NCBI GenBank assembly: GCA_964430955.1
Contig: CAYSHY010000004.1
Span: forward strand, 9,971-73,970
Source of the DNA: an uncultured Puniceicoccaceae bacterium
GTDB taxonomy: Bacteria; Verrucomicrobiota; Verrucomicrobiia; Opitutales; Oceanipulchritudinaceae
Length of the DNA: 64,000 nt
Direction: 5' to 3'
Made by a program: the position numbers and the translations under genes. This document shows, in pieces, positions 18,485 through 28,600 of this stretch; the stretch's first letter is position 1, and each line of letters starts with the position of its first letter. The notes beneath the pieces are model-generated. The model did no database searches and had not been told where the DNA came from. It worked only from the letters and a program-made list of their open reading frames with translations.

Positions 18485-19276
18485 ATGCTTTACGACGCCA
18501 ACCGTTTCCTCCTCATCGCTGGGCCATGCTCTCTCGAAACCTGGGACATTGCCGCACCGGTGGCCGAGCAACTTGCGCAGCTATGCGAGAGCGAGCCGCG
18601 CCTGAACATCGTCTTCAAGGGCTCCTTTGATAAGGCCAACCGCACTTCACTCACGAGCCCACGCGGTCCCGGTCTGGAGGAAGGTCTGCAGATACTGCAG
18701 CGAGTGAAGAATGAGTTTTCCCTTCCCACACTCACAGACTTCCACACTGCGGAGCAAGCTGCGCCTGTTGGAGAGGTTTGCGAAGTCCTGCAAGTGCCAG
18801 CTTTCCTGTGCCGACAGACTGATCTTCTCGTTGCCGCCGCCAAGACCGGCCGCGTCGTCAACGTAAAGAAAGGCCAGTTTCTTTCCCCGGCCGAGATGCG
18901 GTTCGTCGTGGACAAGTTAGAGGGTAGCAATGCGGCGGAGATCTGGCTCACAGAACGGGGCACAACATTTGGCTATCAAAACCTGGTCGTCGACATGCGT
19001 TCATTCCAGATGCTGGGAGCCTATGAGCACCCGGTAATTATGGACGCTACACACAGTGTGCAGCTCCCCGGCGCGGGTGGCGGCAAGACAAGTGGCCAGC
19101 GGGAATTCATTCCCCTCCTTTCGCGTGCGGCTGTTGCAGCGGGCGCCTCAGGCCTGTTTGTTGAGACTCACCCAAATCCGGATGAGGCTATTTCCGACGG
19201 GCCAAATCAAGTGCCGCTGAACCAGTTGAACGAGCTGATCGACCGCGCCCTAAAGGTCTGGGAGGCAGTAAAGTGA
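18485..19276 (+). CDS. kdsA: 3-deoxy-8-phosphooctulonate (KDO8P) synthase, Cys-containing (metal-dependent type) active-site variant
   Basis: [68 protein letters not shown] carries Cys where E. coli has Asn (GGMNVLES). ATG 18485 is preferred because the upstream extension is Gly/Arg-rich and has no homology pattern. Confidence 0.93.
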   Translation: MLYDANRFLLIAGPCSLETWDIAAPVAEQLAQLCESEPRLNIVFKGSFDKANRTSLTSPRGPGLEEGLQILQRVKNEFSLPTLTDFHTAEQAAPVGEVCEVLQVPAFLCRQTDLLVAAAKTGRVVNVKKGQFLSPAEMRFVVDKLEGSNAAEIWLTERGTTFGYQNLVVDMRSFQMLGAYEHPVIMDATHSVQLPGAGGGKTSGQREFIPLLSRAAVAAGASGLFVETHPNPDEAISDGPNQVPLNQLNELIDRALKVWEAVK

Positions 19277-19333
19277 CAGTTGGGCCGTCAAATTCTCCGT
19301 CATTCCATTCCTTTCTGGAGTTTGCCCATTTTC

Positions 19334-20419
19334 TTACACGGCCCCATGTTCGCGCCAGATGGTGCGGATGAGGGTGCTCTCTATGTCCGGCGTGGTTTGG
19401 GCCTCTCCGAGCGTCTTCATGGTTACGAAGCGCAGCTTGCCCGCCTTTACCTTCTTGTCGCGGCGCATGGCGTCAACGAGCTTGTGAATGAGCAGGGGTG
19501 ATCGCAGTTGCAGCGGTAGCTCGTAGCGACGTATCAACTCGCGCACCCGAGTGACATCGTCCTTCTGAATGAAGCCCAGTTCTTCCGACAAGCGCGCGGC
19601 CATCACCAGTCCAATCGCCACGGCCTCCCCGTGAAGGTATTTACCATAACCAGCCACATTCTCGATAGCGTGGGCGAAAGTGTGCCCTAGATTCAGCAAG
19701 GCGCGTCCTCCTGATGCAGCTGTTTCCCGCTCGTCCTCGCGGACAATGGCGGCCTTAATCTCGCAGCTTCGGTTGATGATGCCGGGAAGCTCCGCAGAAT
19801 GGCTGTTCAGCACTGGCAGGCTTTCCAATCGGTGGAATAGTGGGGCGTCTGCCAACATCCCGTACTTGATGACCTCGGCCATCCCTGCCGAGAATTCTCG
19901 CTTTGGCAGGGTATCGAGCATTGCCACGTCTGCATAAACTCCCTGTGGCTGCCAGAATGCGCCAACCAGATTCTTTCCCGCAGTGAGATTTACGCCTGTC
20001 TTTCCGCCGACCGAGCTGTCGACCATGGCGAGAAGAGTGGTGGGAACCTGAATGTAGGGGATGCCACGGAGGTAGCTCGCTGCGGCAAAGCCCGCCAAGT
20101 CGCCAATCACCCCGCCGCCGAACGCCACGAGAAGACCGCCGCGATCGATGCGCTTCCGAGCCAGAAATTCACAAATGCGCTCGAGCTGTACGAACGACTT
20201 TGTCTTCTCTCCGGCAGGCAATACAAGATGGGGACAGTCTCCGAGCGCCTCCTCCAGGAAAACGGGTTGCGCCGCTGCTACGTTGCGGTCGATGACGACT
20301 GCGAACTTGCGGCCAGATTCGCGCAAAGGCTCGAGGAAAGCAGCAACCATGTCTGAGAGGTCGCGCCCCGTCTCTATCTTGTAGCTCCGTTCGCCAAGTT
20401 CAACAGTGAGGGAAGGCAT
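19334..20419 (-). CDS. aroB: 3-dehydroquinate synthase
   Basis: GGGVIGDLAGFAAASYLRGIPYIQVPTTLLAMVDSSVGGKTGVN, LNLGHTFAHAIE, HGEAVAIG. Confidence 0.93.
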   Translation of the reverse strand: MPSLTVELGERSYKIETGRDLSDMVAAFLEPLRESGRKFAVVIDRNVAAAQPVFLEEALGDCPHLVLPAGEKTKSFVQLERICEFLARKRIDRGGLLVAFGGGVIGDLAGFAAASYLRGIPYIQVPTTLLAMVDSSVGGKTGVNLTAGKNLVGAFWQPQGVYADVAMLDTLPKREFSAGMAEVIKYGMLADAPLFHRLESLPVLNSHSAELPGIINRSCEIKAAIVREDERETAASGGRALLNLGHTFAHAIENVAGYGKYLHGEAVAIGLVMAARLSEELGFIQKDDVTRVRELIRRYELPLQLRSPLLIHKLVDAMRRDKKVKAGKLRFVTMKTLGEAQTTPDIESTLIRTIWREHGAV

Positions 20420-20477
20420 GGCAAGAGATTACACGCATCCGGTCTTTCCTGAACAGTAAAAGTAGCGAAGATCCAGC

Positions 20478-21533
20478 TTAGTTGTTCCGCGATGCCGTTG
20501 TCCCATCCTCAAAGAGGTCAGCCTGGGTAACCGACGGGGAGGGCTCCTCCTTGCGATGCAGGTGACGCGGGGGCCGACTTACGCGCTGCGAAATCGAGTA
20601 TTTCTGCTCCTCTACAATGCGGTCGCAAATCTCGCTGACGTGCATCTTCAGCCACATATGTGTATCGCTTCCGGGACGAAAGTCTGCCCGGCCGTAGGCG
20701 TCCACCCGTCCATGACGGAGTAACTGGTCGTTCTGGCGAAAGCCCTGTTCATCCCCCGGCTCATAGACCGCAAAAGCTCGCCCGCCATTCTTGCGCACGA
20801 CGCTGAATACCGGCACGTCGCTGGGGCCGTCAGCAACGTAGATCATGTTGTCCATGGGCACACGCCGATCGCTGTGCTCAACCTTGGCGTTCACATCCAG
20901 CTCGGGCATTTTGTTGCTGCCCTTGTTGATTTCGAAAATGAAGCGGGTCTTGATCGTGTTGTCCACCATGACCCCAATCTGCGTGAACTCGCTCTCCTCG
21001 GGGTTGATGTCGATCAGTTCCGGCTGCGTCAGGTATCCCGGCGGTGGTGGATTTTCCACCAGTTCGCACCCATAGATCCCGTCCACATGTGGTGCAATGG
21101 CGCTGCCGCGAATCATCTCGGCCAAACCAGTGGAGACAATGTAATGTTCCAGAGCGATTCCGTATTTCTGGTATTCGGGGCGGCTGCGGGGAATGTCCTT
21201 CAGGGTCTGGAAAAACTCGGGAAGACCCTTGTAGAACTCCAGCTCGGCGCCCAGTTCCTTGAGCACCTTGTTGTTAAGTCCTTTGAAGATCCCCGCGCGA
21301 ACGTATGTCAACAGGTGATTCAGGTAAACTGTGTCAGGCGAGACCCTGCGCCCCTGCTTTGCGTAGTATTCTGGCAGGGTGTTCACTTCCTTCCAGAACG
21401 TGTTCTCGTCGACTCCGTAGCGTTTAAAAAGCGGCCACTGCATGTAGCCGGGGATCAGCGTGCTGTCGAAGTCCCAGATGCAGGCTATGATAGACTGACG
21501 ATGCAGACGGTCGGATGACATCTCTGCAAACAA
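20478..21533 (-). CDS. HAD-superfamily hydrolase (putative phosphatase) with extended cap and C-terminus
   Basis: Motif I IWDFDSTL (DxDxT). Late motif [10 protein letters not shown] (GDGxxD-like). 351 aa. Confidence 0.6.
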   Translation of the reverse strand: MFAEMSSDRLHRQSIIACIWDFDSTLIPGYMQWPLFKRYGVDENTFWKEVNTLPEYYAKQGRRVSPDTVYLNHLLTYVRAGIFKGLNNKVLKELGAELEFYKGLPEFFQTLKDIPRSRPEYQKYGIALEHYIVSTGLAEMIRGSAIAPHVDGIYGCELVENPPPPGYLTQPELIDINPEESEFTQIGVMVDNTIKTRFIFEINKGSNKMPELDVNAKVEHSDRRVPMDNMIYVADGPSDVPVFSVVRKNGGRAFAVYEPGDEQGFRQNDQLLRHGRVDAYGRADFRPGSDTHMWLKMHVSEICDRIVEEQKYSISQRVSRPPRHLHRKEEPSPSVTQADLFEDGTTASRNN

Positions 21534-21615
21534 GCATTACGCGCCCCACGTTCACGGGCAAGCGTTGAAGCGATGGGGGAAGGAACGAATCGGGGAGCGG
21601 CGAGGTCTTCCGGCG

Positions 21616-21649
21616 CGCCATGCCTCGGGCTTACCGTGAAGGCATGGCG
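21616..21649. other. 10-bp-stem hairpin in the intergenic region
   Basis: CGCCATGCCT (21616-21625) pairs with AGGCATGGCG (21640-21649) across a 14-nt loop. There is no flanking U-tract on either strand. Confidence 0.5.
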
Positions 21650-21663
21650 AGGCGTGAGCGCTT

Positions 21664-21765
21664 GATGGACTTGGATGGACGTGGGGGCTGGGCGCCTAAT
21701 GATTCTCTTGTCCATTTCAGTCCATGACCGTCCATGCGTGTCCATTCTCGTCCATCTCTGTCCAT
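21664..21765. promoter_or_regulatory. Helically phased hexamer array: 2 x (G)ATGGAC inverted copies, then 6 x GTCCAT direct copies, all at 10-bp spacing
   Basis: GTCCAT at 21710, 21720, 21730, 21740, 21750 and 21760 (exact 10-bp period, variable 4-nt spacers). Reverse-complement copies GATGGAC at 21664-21670 and 21674-21680. The array lies 131-232 nt upstream of the HAD gene start (21533, minus strand) and 70 nt downstream of the NUDIX stop (21836). Confidence 0.9.
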
Positions 21766-21835
21766 GGGGGCGAGGATTCGGTGCGGGCGCTATGCCGTGG
21801 GTTTTCTGCGTGAGCGTAGGTCAGGTCTCGCGATT

Positions 21836-22387
21836 CTACGGCAGGGTCCAGGCCATCATGAGGGACGCAATGTGCATGGACTGGCAGAAGTCGCCGGTCT
21901 TGATTGCCTGTTCCAGCTCCTTTCGCGTCATGAAGAGAGCTTCGATCTCTTCGCTCTGATCGAGTTGCTGTTTATGCTGCAACGACAATCCGCTGGCGAC
22001 GAATGTATGAACGCGGTTGGTCTGTCGAGCCGGGTTGGGGTAAGCGGTTCCGACTGCGCGGATGCTGGAACAGGAATAGCCTGTCTCTTCCCGAAGCTCC
22101 CTCACCGCAGCCTGTTCCGGAGTTTCGCCATCGTCGATCACACCTCCGGGGAGCTCCAGACAGATCCTCTGGGCTGCGTGGCGATACTGCCGCACCAGAA
22201 GAACCCGGCCTTCCTCGTCTGTCGCCACGACGTGAACCCAATCCGATTCTTCCAGCACGTAATAGGGGGCAACCGGCTGGCCATTGGCCATCAGGCAATC
22301 ATCGACGCGCACGGTCAACCACCGGTCCCTGAGCAAGTACTGACTACCTGTTATCTTCCATGGTTCGATCTGTGTGTAGTTGCTCAC
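21836..22387 (-). CDS. NUDIX hydrolase (ADP-ribose pyrophosphatase-like)
   Basis: Nudix box [24 protein letters not shown]. The ORF-track start at 22495 would overlap the upstream gene by 107 nt. An in-frame GTG at 22387 lies directly after that gene's stop codon (22389-22391) and is preferred. Confidence 0.8.
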   Translation of the reverse strand: MSNYTQIEPWKITGSQYLLRDRWLTVRVDDCLMANGQPVAPYYVLEESDWVHVVATDEEGRVLLVRQYRHAAQRICLELPGGVIDDGETPEQAAVRELREETGYSCSSIRAVGTAYPNPARQTNRVHTFVASGLSLQHKQQLDQSEEIEALFMTRKELEQAIKTGDFCQSMHIASLMMAWTLP

Positions 22388-22388
22388 C

Positions 22389-23090
22389 TCAACGCCTTCC
22401 GTTCCATTCCAGCGACGAGAACCGTTGTATTTCTGCCTGAAGAAGCTCCAGCGGGTAGAGTGGGGGCTCGATACGCCGGCTATCCGTTCCGCCAAATCTC
22501 AGGCACAGGTTTCGTACGGTCTTTTCCGCGAAGGACTGCCAATCAAAGTCGCTCGGCAGGATCGCGCGGTCCACGCTGCCCTGCATTAGCAGACCATGGC
22601 GATTACGCTTCATGGCCGCGCCGGCAATCTTGCGCCCTGTCTCCTCTTCCACAACGTCGTGCACTTCCGGAGAGGCGAAGCAAAGTCCTTGCAATCCCTT
22701 TTCTTTGCGTGCGCGGGCAGTCGAGGCCCTGCAACCGCATTGGGTGAAAGCCATCGCCAGGGCCTCGTGCACCAGTTCGTAAACGCCTTCGGGGTGCGCC
22801 CGCACGAGCGGATGGCTGGCCGGCAGGACGAAAGCATATGTCCAATCATTGCGGTGATCGACCAATCCTCCTCCCGAAGGGCGCCTCACAAAATGCTGAA
22901 CTTCGCGGGAAGATTGACCTTTTATCCATTCAAGAGGCTGGCTGAACCCAAATGTCACGGACGGCTCAGTCCACCCATAGTGCCTGAAGCGCAATGCGTC
23001 CTCGGGCTTGAAAGCCTGAAGCAACAGAACGTCGAGCGCCATGTTTTCCGCCGCCGAGTGAGCGCCGCCATCATGGTATAGCATGAGCAT
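22389..23090 (-). CDS. Biotin/lipoate A/B protein ligase family protein (LplA/LipB-like)
   Basis: [58 protein letters not shown] (conserved Lys context). Confidence 0.7.
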   Translation of the reverse strand: MLMLYHDGGAHSAAENMALDVLLLQAFKPEDALRFRHYGWTEPSVTFGFSQPLEWIKGQSSREVQHFVRRPSGGGLVDHRNDWTYAFVLPASHPLVRAHPEGVYELVHEALAMAFTQCGCRASTARARKEKGLQGLCFASPEVHDVVEEETGRKIAGAAMKRNRHGLLMQGSVDRAILPSDFDWQSFAEKTVRNLCLRFGGTDSRRIEPPLYPLELLQAEIQRFSSLEWNGRR

Positions 23091-23214
23091 GGGGCCTTAT
23101 TTACAGCAAGCGTGGCCAGATGTCATCTCCCGGCGCAGGGAATCAACAGGGGCTAACGACAAAAAGCAGAATTCCCGGAGTGACTTCCATGCGCTGGATG
23201 CTACTTATACGCCC

Positions 23215-24315
23215 ATGGCCTATGAGGATCTGGTGAAAAAGTCGGTGCATTCGCAGCCGGTTTACGAACCTGGCCGCCCCATCGAAATCGTGGCGCGGGA
23301 ACTGGGCATGAAGCCATCGTCTATAGCCAAGCTTGCCTCTAACGAGAATCCCCTTGGCGCCTGCCCGCGCGGGATAGAGGCCGCGCGCGCCGCCTTGGCC
23401 GACGCTTGGCTCTACCCGGAGAACAGCGCCCTGTTTCTACGTGAGAAGCTGGCTGCACATCTGGATGTCGAGACGGAGCAACTAACGATATCCGCCGGGT
23501 CCAATGAACTGCTCTACCTGATGGGGGATCTCTTTATAGAGCCGGGCGTGGAGGTGGTCATGGGCCAATGCGCCTTCATTGCTGCGAAGATCGCCACGCT
23601 GCTTTACGGCGGCACGCCGGTGGAGGTTCCTCTGAAGGATGATCTGACGCACGACCTAGACGCGATGCGCAGGGCGATTACCGACCGCACACGTATTGTT
23701 TATCTTCCGGATCCAAACAACCCAACTGGTACCGCCTGCGATCCCTACGATGTTATTCAGTTTGCCCGCGCACTGCCTGATCATGTGGTGCTGGTCTATG
23801 ACGAGGCGTATGTGGAGTACCGTGAGACCTCCCCAGACCTCCGCCCCCTTATTTCCGAAGGCCGCAAGATCCTCTGCACGCGCACCTTCTCGAAAATCTA
23901 TGGTTTGGCCGGTTTGCGCGTTGGCTATGGCTACTCCGACGCTGAACTTGCGAGCCTGCTAAATCGCGTTCGCCCTCCATTCAACATAAACAGCATTGGC
24001 TTGGCGGCGGCAACGGCGGCGCTTGAGGATCAGGATTGGGTGTCGCACAGTCGCGAGGCGAACCGCCTAGGACTCAAGCAGTTGAGCGACGGGCTGCAGG
24101 CCCTGGGGCTTGCATTTACACCCAGCCACGCTAATTTCATCCTGGTGCGTTTCAAGGACGCACAGAAAGTGAATCAGCAACTCCAGAAGAAAGGCTTGAT
24201 TGTTCGCCCGCTGGGCGGCTACGGGCTGCCGGATCACCTGCGCATCAGCGTGGGGTCCTCCGCGCAGAACCAACGGCTGCTTGAAGCCCTGCGGGAGATT
24301 GGCGCCGCTGACTAA
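23215..24315 (+). CDS. hisC: Histidinol-phosphate aminotransferase
   Basis: KLASNENPLG, YPE, NPNNPTG, DEAYVEY, TFSKIYGLAGLRVGY (PLP Lys). ATG 23215 is preferred over the 44-codon upstream extension. Confidence 0.9.
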   Translation: MAYEDLVKKSVHSQPVYEPGRPIEIVARELGMKPSSIAKLASNENPLGACPRGIEAARAALADAWLYPENSALFLREKLAAHLDVETEQLTISAGSNELLYLMGDLFIEPGVEVVMGQCAFIAAKIATLLYGGTPVEVPLKDDLTHDLDAMRRAITDRTRIVYLPDPNNPTGTACDPYDVIQFARALPDHVVLVYDEAYVEYRETSPDLRPLISEGRKILCTRTFSKIYGLAGLRVGYGYSDAELASLLNRVRPPFNINSIGLAAATAALEDQDWVSHSREANRLGLKQLSDGLQALGLAFTPSHANFILVRFKDAQKVNQQLQKKGLIVRPLGGYGLPDHLRISVGSSAQNQRLLEALREIGAAD

Positions 24316-24330
24316 GGCCGGCGCTTCCTG

Positions 24331-25632
24331 ATGGACTCGAATCTCAGTGGTTTATGGGCGTCCTCCCTTGGCGCCCTCGTTCTTCTCCTCTTGAACGGCC
24401 TCTTGGTGGCTGCAGAGCTTGCGCTCATCAAGATTCGGTTCAGTCACTTCGATACCCGGCCGGGCGAAGCGATTGCCCAGAGCCGCAGGCTCTCAAAGCT
24501 GGTGGAGAATCCTGACCCTACCGTCCGCTTGATCAGGTTTGGCGGCGTGCTGTGTACGATTGGGTATAGCCTGCTGGTGTTACCCTTGCTAAGGCTTGCT
24601 TTCTCGCTGGGCGCGGCGCAATGGGGCCAGACCGCGGGATTTGCGGCAGGCGCGCTGGCGCTATTTGCTGTGTTCGCGATCTTCTACGCCTGCGGAGAGC
24701 TGGCGCCTCGGAGCCTTGCACTCAGCTTCCCTGTCCCGTCTCTCCGGCTTGGGTCTATCGGCATCGCGCTTCTCGGTCCCCTGCGTCCCATCTCCGAGCG
24801 ACCCATTAACAACGCGACCCGTCAGGTTCTCAAGCGTCTTGGCGTGAAGGACCAACTGGATATCGAGTCGCTGGATCTGGAAGCGCAGATTGAGCTGGTG
24901 GGTGAGTCGCGGCCCATCACCAGCGTGGCCCAGACTATATTCAGGAACGCTCTGCAAATGCGTGATCTGGAGGTGAGCGACGTAATGTTGCCACGGCACC
25001 AGGTCCAGTGGTTTGACCTATCCGACGACCTGGAAGCGAATCTTGAGCTGGCCCGCAATACGGGGCACACGCGCTTTCCCCTCTGTGAAGGGGATTTGGA
25101 TCGATGCATTGGTCTCGTTCACATCAAGGACATTTTCCGTCGCAACGGAGACGCATCCTCATTGGATCTTCGCCAGATTCGCCGCGACATCATGCGCGTG
25201 GCGCCCGACGAAGGCGTTGAGGAAGCGCTACAAAAATTACTGGGAGCGCGCATGCACATGGCCTTGGTGGTAGACGAGTTCCGCGGAGCAGAGGGCATCA
25301 TAACCCTGGAGCGTATTCTCGAATTGCTCGTTGGCGACATTCGCGACGAGTTCGACGTGGAGGAAGACAACATTAAACCGCTTCCCGGAGGAGAATTCTC
25401 TGTCAGCGGTCTGACTCCCCTGCACGAGGTGGAACAAGCGTTGGATGTGGAGATCGAGAACGAAGACGTTTCAACGTTTGGCGGCCTGATCACGGCCGAG
25501 TTGGGGCGTATTCCGGAGCGCGAAGAACAGCTTGAGCTGGAGGGACTTGTAGTGACTGTTACAGAGACCGATGAGCGTCGCGTTATACGCGCCCGGGTTA
25601 AACGGCTGGAACGGGTTGAAGATGAAGACTGA
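24331..25632 (+). CDS. HlyC/CorC (CNNM) family transporter: DUF21 membrane domain, CBS pair, CorC_HlyC domain
   Basis: N-terminal four-helix DUF21 (AAELALIKIRFSH). CBS region MLPRHQV...VHIKDI...ALVVDEFRGAEGIITLERILELLVGDIRDEFD. C-terminal transporter-associated domain. Confidence 0.9.
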   Translation: MDSNLSGLWASSLGALVLLLLNGLLVAAELALIKIRFSHFDTRPGEAIAQSRRLSKLVENPDPTVRLIRFGGVLCTIGYSLLVLPLLRLAFSLGAAQWGQTAGFAAGALALFAVFAIFYACGELAPRSLALSFPVPSLRLGSIGIALLGPLRPISERPINNATRQVLKRLGVKDQLDIESLDLEAQIELVGESRPITSVAQTIFRNALQMRDLEVSDVMLPRHQVQWFDLSDDLEANLELARNTGHTRFPLCEGDLDRCIGLVHIKDIFRRNGDASSLDLRQIRRDIMRVAPDEGVEEALQKLLGARMHMALVVDEFRGAEGIITLERILELLVGDIRDEFDVEEDNIKPLPGGEFSVSGLTPLHEVEQALDVEIENEDVSTFGGLITAELGRIPEREEQLELEGLVVTVTETDERRVIRARVKRLERVEDED

Positions 25633-25635
25633 CCT

Positions 25636-28600
25636 TCAACCTGCGATATACGCCCATGCTCCGGTGGGGGTGACATGTGTTTCGGGCAAATAAAGCCAGT
25701 TGAGAAAGCTCCACGAGAAAATCCAGCCTGAGGCGTCGGGAACGATGATCCATCCGGCCAGCATGCCGGTGTCGACGTTTCCCGCTTCGTCCATGGTCGC
25801 GCCGGCCCATGTTCCTGCACCCGAGTTGTTGGCGGGAACCAGGGCTCCATCGTTCCGCAAAAAAGCCCAGGCGCCTGCACGAGTGTCCGCCGGGCCGGCT
25901 TCATTTACGAAGATCCATCCACCAGCGTTCACAAAAAGCCATGGGTAGAAGGCGTCATTAACCCATCCCAGCCATCCCCGGGTGTCTATCCATCGAGCTT
26001 CCTCCACGGTGAATGGGAGAAGGATGCCTTTCCCCGCCGGTGACTGGTAGCTGACGTCAATACTGTCAGCGCCATGCGTGAGCCGCGACCAGAGGAAAAA
26101 GTGCGCGTCCTCGCCCACCGCATCACGCCAGTGCTCTTCCACCATCTCCTTGAACACGGGGAGGTAGTTGGCGCTCTTTCGGTTAATATAGTGGTTATAC
26201 GGTGTCTCGTAATTGTCGAAACGACTGTATTCACCCTCGTAGTCGTAAGACCATTCGCTACCACATGGGGCTTCCTTACGTCCCGTCATGAGGTTTGCAA
26301 AGTACTCCAGGATGATGGCCAGACGCGGGATGGACTGACCATCGAAAGTGGCTTCGTAAAGGTCGTCATAGCCCAAGTTGTGCGCCAGCTCCGCCGAATC
26401 TCCCCAAGAGACCACACTATACTGTGAGTGCCACGTGTCCCGACACGTTTCAACGATCTCGCCGCTTGTTTGGCTCAGTTCGTCCAGTTTCCTTAGCTGG
26501 TAATCAAGTCCCACCTGGAAGATCGATTGCTCGTCGCTCCAGGCGCCGTAGCTCATTACTGCCAAGGCTGCTGAAACTGCCCAGTTATTTCGCTCGTCGA
26601 GCGCACTCGAAGCCTCCTGATACAGGATCTCCATGAAGTAATTGAAGGCCGCCATGTCTGTAGGATGCCAGTTGGAGGCGCCCCCATTGTGGTAACGCAT
26701 GATGTCGGCCGCGCTGATCCAGACAGGCAGGGCCCACGCCGCCTCGAGATGGACCTGCGCCGGGTTGGATGACTCAATCTTGCGGAACGTGCGGCCCCAG
26801 TCGTTCAGGATGGCGAGCGCCTTGTCCCGGTGTGCGGGGTTGCCGGTTACCACCCATTGCAGTGCATGACTTCGTGCGGCGGTTCCGTCATTGCGGAAAT
26901 CGTCCTCGCTGGGCCCTGTGTGGGCGGGCACTACTTCTATCGTCTCCCATGGCGTGTGCGAATAGCTCAGCGACGCATACTCCGTTTGAAGCATCGCATC
27001 CCAACCTGCGCGTGCGATTGAAGAGATCTCGTTACGCACTACGGCTCGCATCCTGTCCAGTTGCTCCTGCGTGTTGATTACCGATGGATGGGGCAGTTCC
27101 GGCTCAGTGCGGTAGTCAAACACCATCACGCTGGCGGAACTGCGTGCAATCGCCGCCCCCTGCGCGTTCCGGATGGTGATGGTGAAAGTGACGTTGCTGC
27201 GATGTCCGCTGTTGATCACTGCGTCAAAAGCGCCCGCCATTGCTGCAGGTCCTGATGTGCCTCCATTGGGAAAGCTCACATCGCCATTGCTGGTTATTTC
27301 ATACGTGCTTCCCGTGGGCAGTGGCGCGTTCACTGTATAAGCCAGGCCGAAAGGAACACCGGCGGCTGCTCCCGGCGTTTCCGGCGTCAGCTCGACAAGC
27401 GAGCGTCCCCCGATCATGCGTACGCCCCCCTTTACATCAATGTCATCAATGTAGAATCCAGTGTCGTCACCATCGGTATGGATTCCCAGATAGCGAGGAT
27501 CGCCGGGCATTGTCCCTTCCAGCACCCGCACAAACATACCGTCGCCAGTGAGAAGCCACACCTCGAACTTTCCGGGCTCAAGATCCTCCTGTCCGTAGTA
27601 ATCAATCAGGGGCTCGCTGCTGTCATTGGCGACAATGTACAGATGGTTTAATTTCCCAGTGGGGTAATCAGCGATGCCTTGTTCGGTCACGTTGCCCCGC
27701 GCTGAATGAAGCACCTTGCCGTTTAGGAGCTCGACCGCGGCGACGGGGCCACTGTTCAGATTCGTTTGATCAAACAGTCCGATCTTTACGCTTCCTGATC
27801 CATCTCCGGGGCGTTCGATGAACATCAGCGATAAGGTGCTTACTGCATCTACAGTCCCGGAACCAATGTTCTTTGTAAGACTGATCTCATCTCCAGTGAT
27901 GTGGAGAGATTTGTTGGGACTGCCAAAATCATCGACTGAGTCCTGGGTAACGATAGCGCCGCCACTACTGGAATCCCATTTCGCTGCACTTCCCTTTGAG
28001 TAGCCTTCGAAGTCCTCCTCAAAATGAGTCTCGCTCAACCCGATGCCCCGGCTAACGACGATGTTGTCGGCATAGACATCCATATCGGTGTCGGACCAGC
28101 TGCGGAATCCTGCATACTGTGGCGGACGGGCGATGCTGGCCTCGAGCACCGGCCAGATAGAGCCGCCGCGCGGTCCTATCCATACCTCGTAGCTGCGTGG
28201 CGCAAGATTCTCCAGACCTTCATAACGCACAAGTTCCTGGTCCGTGTCGTTTACGACGAGATATAGCCGATAGTCCAGTCCGAGCTCGTATCGCGAGGGG
28301 CCCAAATGTCCCAGGTGAGACATCCCTCCAATGCGATCGTGAACGATCTCTCCGTTGAGGAGAAGAATGTTTGCGGAGGACGTTACGCTGGTAAGGTCTG
28401 GACCGTTCCCAAATCCAATGGCCAGACCGAGTTTAGAGTAACCCTCGGTGAGATCAATAAAGTCGACGGCCAGGGTTGAGACATGCCCTTTGGTGATCGA
28501 GCGCACGTCCTGCATCATGCGAAGCGACTTTTGTTGCATGGAGAGGGCGCGATTGGGATTGCCCAGCAGTGGTATGGTTGCCTGGTCAACCACCAGGACG

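Noticed and set aside
22389-22495. 107-nt overlap between the LplA-like gene end and the NUDIX gene start
   Set aside because: This is most simply an artefact of taking the longest ORF. An in-frame GTG at 22387 begins directly after the upstream stop codon and keeps the whole Nudix fold.
21734-22747. 337-aa plus-strand ORF spanning the NUDIX and LplA-like loci
   Set aside because: It runs antisense to two genes with clear family motifs. Its product is Arg/Ser/Pro/Gly-rich with no motif, which is typical of a shadow ORF in GC-rich DNA.
25119-25904. 261-aa minus-strand ORF overlapping the 3' end of the CorC-family gene and the end of the lyase-like gene
   Set aside because: It is antisense to the well-supported CBS/CorC domain coding sequence. 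The composition is Ser/Arg/Pro-rich, no motifs are present, and the ORF bridges two real genes.
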